A stretch of 64,000 nucleotides of DNA. It comes from Lytechinus pictus (lineage: Eukaryota). Shown here in pieces: positions 25,119 to 39,232 of the stretch. Within the stretch, counting starts at the first letter, position 1. Each line of letters starts with the position of its first letter. The translations under genes were made by a program, and so were the position numbers. The DNA is taken from assembly GCF_037042905.1 (NCBI RefSeq), contig NC_087250.1, positions 7,256,001 through 7,320,000 of the forward strand, read 5' to 3'. The notes below the pieces were generated by a model that saw only the letters and a list, made by a program, of their open reading frames with translations, made no database searches and had not been told where the DNA came from.

Positions 25119-27139
25119 CTGAAAGTGGGAAAAATAGGATTTAAACTTACTCCGAGCTTCCTGCACTAAACATAAACCGATTTCCACCAGGATTGTAACA
25201 CTGTTGCCATGTGAAATAGTGTGAAATTATCTCAGTGACGGTTATATTCGAGCATTCTATCAGTGGTAAATCACATTTTCACTCAGTTCACTGTGTTAAG
25301 ACAGTGTGATAACACAGTGTGAACAGTCCCACTGTCGTTGGTGTCCACAGTGTGAAATTGTATATCCACACTAGTTAAATTTGAGCATTTCAACACTGTG
25401 AATGACATTAAAACATATTCAACTTGGTGAACTTACGGTGAAAACTCGCAGTGTGAAATGTCCACAGTCACGGTGAACTTTTCTTCGCACTGTTAAAGTG
25501 ATCATTTCACTTTGTTCTGATTTAAAAAATTCTCCTTTTGGTTCCTGAAAATGGGCTAAACATTAGGCTTATAGTGTAAAAATACCATCCCAAAAGTTTC
25601 AAAGTATTATATTTACAGGATCAATTTAAAAACCTTGGAGATGTAAACCAAAGTTTGAAATAATTGGGAGTTGGTTTCAATGACTATGTGTATACAGGGA
25701 ATCTGTGCACCACAACACATTAATTCTAGATGAACACAGCATTACCTACATACAGTGTGTACAAGGTATACACTGAATGTACAGTGCAGCTAATAGTGTG
25801 TGTATAGGAGCATGGACCTACTAGAGATACACACAACAGAATGCAGTCAAAATAGCCAACGGACTTTTTGAATTGGAGAAAACTGGTCATAAGCTGAACC
25901 CGTCTACTAGACGGTTCTCAAAATCAGGCTAATAAATTGCTACTTGTATCTAAATTAGAGTTTTTCATCCTATATTGTGGTCTGTTTCAGGGTTTTTGAG
26001 GACAAATACAGGCACTCATACGCACTTTTCAACTCAGTTTGAGAAATTTTTAAATCAGCTGCTCACAAAGTTAAACGATCCCTTTAAATTCGAGTTTTAT
26101 GGTCCACTGTGTGTGAGCGCACTGTGGACACTCACACTGTAAACGTATCCACTGTGTGAACGTATCTTTGCGCTAGTAAATTTTAATAATTTAATAGTGT
26201 GAATCAACGAACGTAGAGGGCAGCAACACACGACAGTGTTGTGTGTTGCGCCCTCTACGTTCGTTGGTTTGAATAATTGTCCACTGTGAACATATCTGTT
26301 AAATTTGAGCATTTAACAGTGGTATATCATAATTATTTTCACATATTGTCCACTGTGGAATTTCAAGTGAATTTAGACTGAACATACGAATGCTGCATAG
26401 AAATTTTTACTACATTATATATATAAGAAAAAGGGTGTAATTCACTCAACTAGTGAAAGTCACTCTTAATCTAGGGAAATGCACTCCATCCGAGGAGTGA
26501 ATTATTTTCTCGATTTTATTAGAGAGTACTAGTTGTGGCACGCATGATATAGGACTTATTTTTTACAATTCTTTTTTTTTTTATGCATTGAAGTCATAGT
26601 CAAAATTAATAGCGCCCTCCTTCTCGGAGGCTATATGAATAGAAGGTATCACAGGCCTAATTCATTTCCCATAGACTCGTGTGTTAAAGTGGCACTTAAA
26701 AAAATCATAAGAAATAAGGAGGAAATTCGAGGGTTGAATGTTTACTACCAATGGATAGGATATAATGTCTGATCAGAAAAGGGTACCTCAAACCGGCTCA
26801 TTTTAAACACAAATCGGCATTTATGAAGACTACACCTGACGGGATCAAATTCGTCAGTTGAGAGAGTAAAATGACCCTAATTCTTCAGCCAGTAAAAAAA
26901 ATAGTTCCAAAGTAGTGATATATCTTTCCAATGTGGAAAAAGGAAGTTCATTAGGTACCATCCCTAGAATAAGTGTTAGATTGTCAATCATATTAATTCA
27001 TTTTTGTCATTCAGCGATATCAAATTTAAAAATTGAGAATGGGTTGGCTCGAATGAATATCTTTTGCCTGCCATTTGTTATTAGGCCCGTGTAATCAGAA
27101 CGGAATAGATGTAATTTGTCAGAGGTGTGCGTTATTATC

Positions 27140-27418
27140 TTTATTATTATTTTTGTTATTCTGTTTCTGTTTGTGGTAACTCCCGTAGGAACTCGGCAGG
27201 ACAGCATTTTGTGCTGGTAAACGCCAAGCTGGTATATAACCAATTACCTTGAAAACACTTTACGTCTAGGTTAATCAGTCATAGTGGCTGACGTAATAGA
27301 CGACAGATATCACTCTTGGGCCTTTTTATCAAAGTGGAGACAATGGCAGAGTTGGGATTCGAACTCACAACCTTGCGATTATGAGTCCAATGCTCTAACC
27401 ACTGGACCACACGACCCA
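27140..27418 (-). mobile_element. tRNA-derived SINE, family 2
   Basis: The minus strand begins gggtcgtgtggtccagtggttagagc...gagttcgaatccc. A second, interrupted copy lies at 61940-62893. Confidence 0.8.
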
Positions 27419-27774
27419 TGATTTCAAGATCACCAACGCATGCAAGGAAATTGCCTTAGCTTCTACGATGGGGGCGCAATGGCGTCAATGTATACACTGT
27501 AAAATCTGTGGTGTTAAAACTGACACCAGTCGGTGTCTATAGAGTACCACACCCTGAGGTGTTAAATTTACACCCTAGAAATTGAACATAGCACCAAAGA
27601 GTGTAAATATAACAACCAAACGTGTTGTAATAACACCTATAGGTGTTAAACTAACACTGTCAATTTAACACCGGAGTAAAATAACTGGTGTGGTCCTCTC
27701 TGTACACCGCTTAACACCAAATCTTTTGCTGTGCAGGAGGTTCATACGAGAGGACGTGACAGAAGAAGCATTAA

Positions 27775-28153
27775 AGGTATTGTTTAACTTTGTGAGCTGC
27801 CGATTTAAAAAAATTCTCAAACCAAGATGAAACATGTGTACAAGTGCATGTATTAGAACTAATAAACCCTGAAAACAACCATTATTGAGAATGAAAAGCT
27901 AAAACTACAAGGCAAACCCCGATTTTGTAAATATGCGTCTTATAGACGCCTAAATAATACACATAAATGTATAGGATGAAAATAAGATGGTGTTTTTGGT
28001 CACTTTATATTTCAATTTTTGAAGCACTAAATAATTATTTTCGAACGCAATTTTTTCTGGGCTTCATTTTTGTAACATATCACAGACACAGGTGACAAGT
28101 GTGATCTTCTAGCTCAGATTTTTTTAAAGTCAAATCAATGTTAACCAATCACT
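27775..28153. mobile_element. TTAA-flanked non-autonomous element
   Basis: ttaa|aggtattgtttaac ... gttaaccaatcact|ttaa. A related copy lies inverted at ~62350-62745. Confidence 0.75.
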
Positions 28154-28170
28154 TTAATGGAACTAATTAC

Positions 28171-28344
28171 CACTGATTTGGCACAATTTGGGATCACGGA
28201 CCAATACTTCCCCGGCTGGCAGTACGAATACCAATCATAATAGGAATATGTTTGTAATTCCCAGATGGCGGCGAAGATGTGCATTTCAAACAGAGCGAAC
28301 CCCATCACGCAGCCAACAATAGACAGAGCCATGTAGGTCCGTAC
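28171..28344 (-). CDS. MS4A-like gene A exon 4 (TM3 and extracellular loop)
   Basis: acacag|VRTYMALSIVGCVMGFALFEMHIFAAIWELQTYSYYDWYSYCQPGKYWSVIPNCAKSV|gtaatt, 174 nt. Confidence 0.9.
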
Positions 28345-29810
28345 CTGTGTTGGAGGCAAGTCGATCGATGATTAATTTCAAATTCAAATTCAATTCAAAT
28401 TTATTTATTTCACTTCCATCAAACAAAAACAAATTGTATACCATATATAAATATTTGTATCCGTTGCAAAAAAAATTTAATAATACACATGTTGTGAAAA
28501 AAAAACACAGTTTGGGCAACACATTGTAGGTTTTAAATATGTATGCTATTTTTCAATAGAAATTAAATTAAGATGGAAATGGAGGGACCCACTTAAAAAC
28601 AATGCTTGCACAATGTGGGCCCCTCAAAAAATAGATAACACAACAAATAACAAAATAACAAAGTACAAATACAGATATATGTAATCAAATGAGAAAAAGA
28701 ATGAATGAAAGAGAAATAATACTCACAAAATAAATACGAAGTTATCAAAAAATATAGTTTGAAGATAATTACCCGGGGGGGGGTCAAATATATTGCTGTA
28801 CACATGCGTGACCAAAAAAAAAACGCGTTTAAAGGGGTATTTTTTTTTCTTCAGTTTTGGACGCGTGCCGCGCGTGCACTCGTTAAGGGTATCAAAAACA
28901 CCAATTTTCAAGAAAAAGGGTGGTTTTGATAAACTGGTCAATCGCGGGGTCAAACGTATTTGGGGTATGATTTTTTTTCCAAAGCTTTTTTTTTTAAGAC
29001 TAGCCAACCATGTTTAGGGTATGTTTTTTCTCTAAGCTTTTTCCCCGAGGTCATATTCTGGCGACAACTAATTGTTTAGGGGCCAAATTGTGTAAATATA
29101 GCCGGCACAAAGAGAACAAACTCTTTAGGGGGAGTTTGGAAATAATCTGGTCACGCATGTGTACAGTAATACATTTGACTGCCCCCCCCCCCCCGGGGCC
29201 GGATAATTCAATTTCAGTTTTAGTAACGAATCTGAATGAGTTTGTGAAGTATCCAGTAAAATTACCAATCAAGTTTTTGCATGTATCTGAATAAACAATA
29301 TGTGCAAAAAGGAGTCTGCAAGAAATTGTGCAAATGCTGCACTCTTTAAAACAGAGAGTAAAAATTTACCCGATATTGGGTAAAAAGGGAACGTGCACTT
29401 TTGCTAGGTAATTTTTTCCTCCAATATTAATGGGCAAAATGCATGTTTAAAGGGTTAATTTCATGGCAACATTGCGTAAAATTTACAAAATATTTGGTAT
29501 CTCTATGCTCAACAAGCATGCATGTTTCCATTTTACCCAATATTGGGTAAACCTTTTTTTTTTAGAGTGTGAGAAATTAGAAAAATAAGCAAGACATTTC
29601 AGCATTTTGTCGGGTCTTTTGCCAAGCAATAATAATACATTGTCCCTCGTGTGCTTATCCGTGTTGGTGATCTTTCAGTGTTATTTTCTTTCGGCTTGGA
29701 ATTCAATGATGATTTTTCAAAGTTCAGTTTATGTCCTGTACCAGATACAGATATAATAAAAAAGTGACAATTAACCTTTGATTCACAAACTTTATCATGA
29801 ACTCGGTGTT

Positions 29811-30090
29811 GATAATAATAATATAGGACTTGTATAGCGCACGTATTCACCTTGCTAGGTGCTCATGGCGCTCCTATATTACCCCGGCTAAGCTAGTCTA
29901 TCGATTCTGGTGCGCACAGCTTTTTGAGGAATTACTTCCTGCCGGTACCCATTTACCTCACCTGGGTCGAGTGCAGCACAGTGTGGATAAATTTCTTGCT
30001 GAAAGGAAAACACGCCATGGCTAGGATTCGAACCCACGACCCTCTGTAGGTTGAAAGGCGAGAGCCAGAACCACTAGACCACGGCGCGCC
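29811..30090 (-). mobile_element. Full-length tRNA-derived SINE with L2-like tail
   Basis: Minus strand: gggcgcgccgtggtctagtgg (A box), ggttcgaatcc (B box), core cacccaggtgaggtaaatgggtacc-like, tail gcgctatacaa..(att)n. Confidence 0.88.
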
Positions 30091-30828
30091 CACAACTATG
30101 TTCATCCATCTTAATAAAAGGAAGAGAAAACAGACATTTCTTATGAAATTTTATTTGAGATCTCTATTATTTTGATAAATGGAATCACTATTAAAAGATA
30201 AAGCCTTTGGCACATTGCCTTAACGTGTTTCATAAGCCAGACTAAAGCTTAAAGGGGGTTTTCATAATATAATTTTTTTGAAAGGGTTGTCGGCTTAGGC
30301 GGCTAAGCACTTCCAGAAGGGGATTTTTGCTCCACGGGGCATGACGGGTTCAAGAAGATGGAAAATGTATTGTCAAATGTTGTTCATGACAATGAATAAC
30401 CAAAAAAGTCTTTGTCGACAACTGGTGAAAACACAGTAGTTTTCTTCCTGTACTGTGGACATGTAACGACATATTTGCAATTGTTGGTCGGCTTTGAAAT
30501 GTGAGACAAAATTGCTGTTTCCCGGCCGTGATGATTATTTTCGACAAAGACCTCCCAGTTGTTCATTTTCATTTAAAGGGCATTTTCAATACATTTACTG
30601 TGTTCCTGAATCCGTTGTGCACAGTAGCGCGAAAACTCCGTATTCTCTTTCCTCAAACCTAGTGCTTTGCTCGCTGTCTAACCCTTTTCCTGTTTACTCC
30701 AAACTAATGCCCTCAGCAAGATCTTCTGAATTCTTTCATCTTTCTACCAAAGTAGACCTACGCTAGCTTTCTGATGTACGTACAAACATTAAAAAAATGA
30801 TAATTTTCAAGAAAGAAAGACTGGTTAC

Positions 30829-30888
30829 CAAACACTTGTAGCCGTTGGAAGCTGCAGATATTCCTATCACTCCAGTTGTTCCAAAAAC
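30829..30888 (-). CDS. MS4A-like gene A exon 3 (end of TM2)
   Basis: ataacag|VFGTTGVIGISAASNGYKCL|gtaacc, 60 nt. Not in the ORF track; conserved at 61529-61588. Confidence 0.9.
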
Positions 30889-31059
30889 CTGTTATATGAG
30901 AACAGTCAGCGTAAACATAATTAAGAATGACTGATTAGATGGAATTGTACGGAAGGGGGCCGTCTGCTTTCTCAGACGTTCAACCTTTGAGAATGGAGAA
31001 TGGTATTAATTATATTTTATGTTATGCAGGGCCCGCCTGAAAATCAGCTAATCAAGAGT

Positions 31060-31360
31060 ATTATTATCAATATTGTTATTATTATTGTTGTCCTTATTAT
31101 TATTATTATTATTATTATTGTTATCATCATCATCATCATCATAATTGTTATTATCATTATCATTATTATCATTTATTTTATTGTATTATTATTATTATTA
31201 TTATAATCATTGTTATTATCATCATCATTATTATCATCATCAGTCTTAGTAGTAGTAGTAGTAGTAATAGCAGTAGTAGTAGTAGAAGTAGTAGCAGTAG
31301 TAGTAGCAGAAGTAGTAGTAGTCGTGATAGTTAGAATCGGAAGTAGTAGTAGAAGCAGTT

Positions 31361-31427
<67 letters not shown>

Positions 31428-31440
31428 AAGTAGTTAGTAG
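31060..31440. repeat. (ATT/ATC)n and (TAG)n microsatellite
   Basis: Directly visible; starts at the gene A exon 2 donor. Confidence 0.95.
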
Positions 31441-31446
31441 TATTAC

Positions 31447-31563
31447 CACAATTCCACTCCAAATAGCCGTAGCAAAATAGGACCAACGGGCCATGAGGAT
31501 GATAGCTACTATTCCGAAGACAACAAGAAGACATCCTCCTATCAGTTGCAAGATGGCTGTTCG
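31447..31563 (-). CDS. MS4A-like gene A exon 2 (TM1, start of TM2)
   Basis: ctttcag|RTAILQLIGGCLLVVFGIVAIILMARWSYFATAIWSGIV|gtaata, 117 nt, phase 0. Confidence 0.92.
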
Positions 31564-32089
31564 CTGAAAGAATAATGAATCCATCAATATCAATTAATAG
31601 GTGGATAGAGCCAGGGGCGTCGCTAGGAAAAACAGAGTAATTATGTCAATGACTCTGAAATGGTCAATCCTTTCGATTATTTTATTTATTTTATCTATTC
31701 AACATATCTGCAATTCATTTTGTTTATTTCAATTGATGCCATTTATGTTATACATGTATATATTTACATATTGTGTTTTTAATAATCGGAAAATAAATAA
31801 ACAAACAAGGTCTTTACCAGGAGGGGTGTGGAGGCCCTGATTAACGACAAATATCAGTACTGATTACCGACTTTCGGCGACCATGAATCTTGTTCTCGCT
31901 TTACATTCTCCTTAATCACATTTTCTTTCGTCTTGCCCAGGAGCAGTTCCAGCATTCATCAAAAACATTTTTTCAGCATTTTCCCCGTCGCCGCCGCCAA
32001 ATTCTCATTTTGTTTTGAAGGGTTAGCCGTAACAAAATTTTCATTCTTAGAAGCAAGATGAAGTTTTCATGTGGCCTGGATATAAATTA

Positions 32090-33760
32090 CAATGCGGGCG
32101 TGAAGCGCGAGCTCAAATATTTGGATATTTTATATCTTTGGACCTGAAAATTGAATATTGTGACCACTTTTGTAATCATAAACTAACTAAACTAACTAAG
32201 TAAACGATCAATGCTAGCGCAAAGCGAGACCTGAATTTTTTAATTATACTGGCCAGCAAAACGACTTGTTAGAGTCTGTTCGCAGTGATCCATGAAAAAA
32301 TACATTTCTAATTCACAAATTGCGAGCAAGAACTTCCAGCTAAAAAAGATATGTTTCGACCTGAAAACCCGATTATAACTATAAAGAGGATGGATATATT
32401 ACTCAATCGATGCGATCGCGAAGTGCGAGCTGAAAATTATAATTTCCGAACAAAAAACTGGACATTCTAAGCACTTTTTGTAAGAATCAAATGCGTATAT
32501 AACCAAGCAATTCATGCTAGCGCGTGCTAAAACTTTTACTTAACTGTTCTGAAAAGGGATATGTTGATTAACTGTTTGCAGTGACTCATTATTAGAATAC
32601 ATTCCTCACTTATCAAATAGAGCGAGCGCAAAGTGCGAGCTGAAAAATTGATATTTCGACCTGAAAACTCGATTGTAACCATGAAGATAATGGATATATT
32701 AACCAAACAATGATGCGAGCGCGAAGCGCGAGCTGAAAAAATAATGATTTCCTACCAGAAAACTGAGCATTCTAAGCAATTTTTGCATGAATAATATGCG
32801 TATTTAGCGAGCGCTAGCTGCTACTTTTAATCAACTGTTCTGAAAAGGGATATGTTGATTAACTGTTTGCAGTGACTCATTATTAGAATACATTCCTCAC
32901 TTATCAAATAGAGCGAGCGCAAAGTGCGAGCTGAAAAATTGATATTTCGACCTGAAAACTCGATTGTAACCATGAAGATAATGGATATATTAACCAAACA
33001 ATGATGCGAGCGCGAAGCGCGAGCTGAAAAAAAAATGATTTCCTACCAGAAAACTTAGCATTCTAAGCAATTTTTCCATGAATAATATGCGTATTTAGCG
33101 AGCGCTAGCTGCTACTTTTATTCAACTTTTCTGAAAAAGGAAATGTTAATTAATTGTTTGCAGTGACTAACTTTCTCACTAATCAAATAGAGCGAGCACA
33201 AAGCGCGAGCTGAAAATTTTTGAGATATTGGACCTGAAATTGGACTGGTTAACCACATTTCTTTTTAAAATGAAGAACACAGTAAACAAGCGCGAAGCGC
33301 GAGCTGAATTTTTGCAGATTTAGAATTATAAAGAGGACATCCAATTTAACTATAAAGAGGGTGGATATTAACCAAACGGTTGATGCGAGTGCAAAACGCG
33401 AACTGAATCTTATTATTTCCTACTAGAAAACTGGACATTCTAAGCACTTTTTGCATGAATATATGCGTATATAAAAATGCATGCGAGCGAGCTGAAACTT
33501 TTAATTAACTGTTTTCGAAATTGATAGAATACATTCCCCACTAATCAAACAGAGCGAGTGCAATGCGCGAGCCCCACCCCCCCCAAAAAAGAAATGCAAG
33601 ATGAAAACTGGACGGGGTAAGCACGTTTTTAATAAAGAACACAAAACAATCGTGAAGCGCGAGTGAATTTTCAATCAGGTCTAGCACTAAAAACAGAACA
33701 CTCGAAGCAATGTCACCATGAAGAGGGTAGGCATAGTTGCGAGCGCGAAGCGCGAGCTAA
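32090..33760 (+). repeat. Repeat array with recurring gcgagcgcgaagcgcgagctgaaa motif and a near-perfect ~291-bp duplication
   Basis: 32542-32832 is almost identical to 32833-33123. The motif occurs reversed at ~37830-38430. Confidence 0.85.
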
Positions 33761-34172
33761 TAATAAGCCAGTTCGTAGTTCCACTCTGCACATGAATAGA
33801 AGATTCTGCGCATGATCAGAGGAAGGGCATTGGTACGAAAGTGACATAGTTGTTTAAAATTTAATGAGATGAGCACAGACTTTGATGTCTTGATTATCAT
33901 AATATTCTTTTGAATTGTGTTTTTCATTCACATCCACTGAAAACAACAATGTGTCCACGAACGACTGGTATTTCAAAGTTTGCCAAGTACATTGTACAAC
34001 ATGCTATAGTATAATATTTGGTTATTAGTTTTGAATATTAGACGCTAAACATGCAAAATAAAACCAAACAAAACCAAATCTGGCATGGAATTAATGAGAA
34101 ATAATCGTTCGAGTTAATACTTAAATCTTTCGAGTTAATACTCAAATCTTTCGAGTTAATACCGGATCCCAC

Positions 34173-34277
34173 CTTAATTTTGGTCAGATAAGCTGTGTGG
34201 TACGATTGGCATGATTGGTTGGGCTCGGGCATGCCATATACATAGGCCGCTGGTGGTGGTGGTTGGTTTGACGTCAT
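34173..34277 (-). CDS. MS4A/CD20-like tetraspan gene A, coding exon 1
   Basis: MTSNQPPPPAAYVYGMPEPNQSCQSYHTAYLTKIK|gtggga. In-frame TAA two codons before ATG. The exon acceptor is at 34364. Paralogous to 57305-57388. Confidence 0.85.
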
Positions 34278-34844
34278 CTCTTACGTCACTAACGGACTGT
34301 CAATCGGAGAAAGCCGTACCAGGATAGCCCTGACGATATTAAAGAAAACTTTGAGCTGGTGTACCTGTGTAGATAAAAATAAAAATAAAAAAAAAGTTAT
34401 CACAAAGAGGTGAACCATGCCTCTAATGAAGTACAAGAGATTATTAAAAGAATATTGTTTGTCTTCATTCAGGATCTAAAAACATGTATTTTCTTACTGC
34501 TAATGCTGTAATCATAATTTCAAACATTCAGGTCAGACCGGAATCATCTGAGGCAGTTGCTTAATTTCTGCGATAATCGTGGACTAATCGTCTTTATTAA
34601 CGTTGAAGTAAACACTGTATAGGCGATGGAGAGAGAATTTTTTTTTTTTGCCTATTGAGAAGAATGTAATAATGCTTATGAAATAAAATGTTCAGGATTT
34701 CCTCAGGAAACACTATTGTATGCATTGACAGGATGTAGGCCCCCAAAGCTCACACTTTTTTTTTTTTTTTTTTTTTTACAAATGTCGACAGAGTTACTCA
34801 ATCACTTTAAGGCGAGCATAATACGGGACAGCAATTGACTTATA

Positions 34845-35855
34845 CAGAGCGTCCCCCCAAAAAAATGTCCCTCTGACAGAGGGCCGAATTAATTCCAAAT
34901 TGTGGTAGTATTCTCAATTAAATGTACAAGAGTAGAAAGCTCATTTCATAATCTAACTTCTATGAAAATATCATTTGTCTTGCTTCCGCAGTTTTGAATA
35001 TAAACTGTGTTACATAACAGTGGTGCATTTTAGCCCATTCCAAGTTTCATTGTCTATGGCATGTTAACCCCCATTTTTTACATCCAGGATCTGAGCATGG
35101 ACACTTACCTAATCCTATCCAGACTCTTCAAATCATAAACTTGGGCATGTTCAGAAGGACAAGAAACTTCAAAAATGAAGTTTGTTTGACGATTAACATG
35201 ATTAAGGGGAATCATGCACCAACTTGAAAGAAATTGTGAATGATGGATGAGTAAAATAAGGTGAACAATGAAGGGGAAATCCACAAGTTACATTTTGCAT
35301 AAGGGAACTTTACCAGTGCAAAAAATTGACTTTTTTTCATTTAAAATGGTACATTGAATTAAATTGACCTCAGTAGCTTATTAAGTTAAAAAAAATGGTA
35401 ATGAAAACAGGAATGCAATATTCTTTGAATTTAGCATGAAAGAGACATGACCTGTTGTTTCCACCATTGTGCATCTCTCATCAAACATGAAATGAACTGT
35501 CAAATGCAGTTGTTGCCCTTCTGAACATGCTCAAGGTTGTGATTTGATGAGCCTGGTTAGATCATGGAGATTTCCCTGATCAGAATGATCAGTAGGAGTT
35601 GATGATGCTCAAAAGTGCAGAACATACAGCAGTGCTGCATGCATGTAAACTTGGAATGGGCTGAAATGGACTCGAAAAGCACCATTGTTACATAATAGAC
35701 TGTGTATTGAAAACCACTGAAGCGAGACCAACGAAATTTTTACAGAAGTTAACATGAGATGAGCTTCCTAATTCCATACATTTCATTGAGAATAATTTTC
35801 AAGTTTTGAAGTGATCCAACCTTGTATCAGAGGGACATTTTTGGGGGACGCGCTG
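34845..35855. mobile_element. Tc1/mariner-like non-autonomous element
   Basis: ta|cagagcgtccccccaaaaaaatgtccctctga ... tcagagggacatttttgggggacgcgctg|ta. Confidence 0.85.
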
Positions 35856-36792
35856 TATACTCTAAAAAGGTTACCCAATATTGGGTAAAATGGAAAATGC
35901 ATGTTTGTTGGGTGAAAATATACCAAATATTTCGTAAATTTTACGCAATGTTGCATTTAAATTTACCCTTCAAACATGCATTTTGCCCAATATTTTTGGG
36001 GAAAATACGGCCAGCAAACATGCATGTTCCCTTTTTACCCAATATTGGGTAAATTTTGTTTTTAGAGCGTACCGAGAATACCGTGGCCGCAATATCAAAA
36101 TGAAATGAAATCTCTTGGCCAGTTCTTCGCATTAATCTAACAAAATAATAAAATGTCAGGAAATCACTAGGGAGAGAATCAAACAATATTAATGCGCAGT
36201 TGATAATGTTCTGAAAACGTTATTATTTTAGGTATTAATATCATTTTTCTAGTCAATAAATCTGTCAGAATACCAATAATGAAAAAAGTTACCGGAGAGC
36301 ATGGTTTAGTCTTTATTTGAATATCTTATTCTTAGTTTCCTACCACCCCCCCCCCCCGCTCTCTCTCTCTCTCAGGGGTGTGAGTGGTCACAAATAAAAA
36401 GATCTGAAAACAATGAAGAGTGTTGAAAAAAGCTGAAACAGAAATAACTCGCACAGTTTTTGTCCAGAGGAAATCTAAAATAAGCTGAAAATCAACCCCC
36501 TCCCCCTAAAAAAATCTGAAATCAGGTAATAAGCTGAACTCTCACACCTCTGCTCTGTCCCCTTCCCCCCCCCCCCACATCAGATCGTATCTCTTTCTCG
36601 AACTAGTCCCTCTGTCTCTGTTATATTTTTTTTACAATAATAACTATCCTGGGATTGTCCTTTACAAGCTATTTTGGTATGATGATTCGTGATTCTTCTT
36701 TGTACTTGTAAAATATTTTGATACTGTCTATTTCTATGTAACTCTATTATAATAATAATTATTATTAACTTTTTTGTATTCACCATATTTTG

Positions 36793-36829
<37 letters not shown>

Positions 36830-37392
36830 ATTTATATATTGTTTTGTTTACAAAATTATATATATAATTTCATATATACATGTGAATAGGAATAGTTTTT
36901 GTATCTGTGGTGGAATTAATGACAGAAATAATCATGAATCATGATACCCACAAGCCTGCAGAAAATAAAAATAAAACACACACACACACCTCATACGCCC
37001 CCGCCTAAAATTGAAGTCCTCATTCGTTGCCGTGAAAATGAAGAAAACAAATACTGTACATATAGGCCTTTGTATGTACGTAACACAGCCTACACTATAC
37101 ACAATGACGTCAATTTTACAGTTATAATTGGAGACTTCTTGCCCTATTAGTCATTAACATTTCCTTTATCATCACGAATAAATAGAAATAGTTAATATTA
37201 ATATAGATATTGCGCCTAACGGTCAAAGGCCGTGTTTTGAAGAAAGAAATGTTGCAGAAAGTAAAGGAATCATTTTACCCCGTGACTTGGATATTCTGTA
37301 GGGTGTTTATCGATTAAATAGTTTTGGATCGGTATCTTTTTTTATATTATAAATGAATTATTTGAATGTAGGATTAAAGAACAATGTGGATT

Positions 37393-37487
37393 GTCTTGCT
37401 CACTGGCATTCAGTGCTGTGACCGGGATTGAACTTCGGACATTCATGTGTCTAACAGGCGCCTAAGACCACTCGGCCACGGCACCTC
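37393..37487 (-). mobile_element. tRNA-like SINE head
   Basis: ggaggtgccgtggccgagtgg...gttcaatcccgg...gagcaagaca on the minus strand. Confidence 0.65.
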
Positions 37488-39232
37488 CTCAGGTAATACC
37501 TGAGGTATACGATAGCACACCTCTGTCCTGGTTAAATTTTCAAAACCACCTAAAATCATGCTCATGACTTTGATAATGTCTTGTGCAAAAGTGCAGAACT
37601 TTATAATCCATTTAAATAATTATAAAAAAAAACATTCTACGATTACATGATGTAAAGTTTGCACTAGCCCCCCCCCCAAAAAAAAAAAAAAAAATCCTCG
37701 TGGGAAAAATGTCATTTTTCAAAATGGAAAGTGCCCTTTCTCAAAATGAAATGTGCCCTTTTTCAAAATGAAATACTCTTTGTGAAGTAACACAGAATAC
37801 ATTTTAGGTTAGAAAAACATTTTTTTGGTCGCCCTTCGCGCACTCATCAATTTTTGTTTAGTAAGGTATTCATTCTGTCCTTGGTTACAAAAATACTTAG
37901 AATGTTTAATTTGAACGTTAGAATATCATACATTTTGGGCTCACGTTTTGCGCTCGCATCAGTTATAGTTTAATCATAGAGCCCTTAATAGCTCTGTGGT
38001 TTAATAAGATAATAATTTTGTTCTTTGTTACAAAAAGTGTTTAGAGTGTCCAGTTTTCAGGTTGGAATATCTCAAATTTTCAGCTCGCGCTTTGCGCTGT
38101 CATTATTCGAATGGTTAACTGCATGTGTATTCTATTATTCAGTCACTAAATGCAGTCCAAAGCAGGTCCCTTTTCTGGTCAGTATATTGACAATTTCAGC
38201 GCGATACATAACTTTATTATGATAATAAAAATTGCTTGGAATGTTTAATTTTCATGTCTTTTTATTAAATGAAATGTCCAAAAGTTTAAGCTTGCGATTC
38301 TCACTCGCAACATCTCGCGAGAATGCCCTTTTATCAATATAATGAGCGCCACGATTGACCAAAAGGCTAGTTTCACAACTTATATGAACATTTTTCCAAA
38401 CCGCTCGCTCGCTAAGCTCGCTTGCGAAAAAAGACTAAATATATATTTCATCAGTCAGAAATCACTTCAACAAAATTTTGCTCAACTTAATTTCTGCAAA
38501 ACACAACTACTTCACGCAAATAATAATCTGATGATGTAAATATTCGTTTGCACCAAATGCCAATTTTGCCCTTTTTGGCTCCCCCAACGAAAATACGTTC
38601 CGCCTCCCCTGTATATGCTTTGTTTTGAAAAGTAAAAAATTGTCATATGCGTTCTTATTTTACATCAGATTGTAATAAAATCTTAAAGCGCTAATTGTTT
38701 GACGTTATTTTCTTATTGTTCAAATGAACTTTTTGTTGATGCGTACTTAATGCCCATTTAAGATACGAATTGCACATCCATAGTTGAACTTTGTTCCTTA
38801 AATATTCTTCTTAAAACAAATAACAATGTTGGCTAATTATTAATAACCAGAAATGACACGCAGAAACAATTTTTTCACTTAAACCATCTTAATCATAGCA
38901 GGGTTCGGTAATTAGCATGACATAAATGATATATTTAGATTGATTTACATAGCAACGAAGACCTTAGATTAGGCCAACATGAAATACTTTAATTGATGGA
39001 AAAACTGAGTTCTAAATTGAATTATTCTTATTGTATTCGGGATGTTTTCTTTGTGGGTGGGGGATGTTTTGGAATATTTAACGAGGAATCTGAATTACAA
39101 TTCACAGTTACACAAACATGACAAATAAATCGTAATCAATATGTTGATTTTTTATTATGTAACTTTTATATGTTCCTTTAAGTTGAATATATAGGCATTT
39201 CAAATGAAGATGGATTGATACCCCGAACTATA

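Noticed and set aside
29990..30090. tRNA genes here and at 13815, 27340, 37400, 62820
   Set aside because: A/B boxes run into SINE bodies and tails, with no complete cloverleaf.
32090..33760. CRISPR array
   Set aside because: Eukaryotic intron, spacers are mutually homologous, and there are no cas genes.
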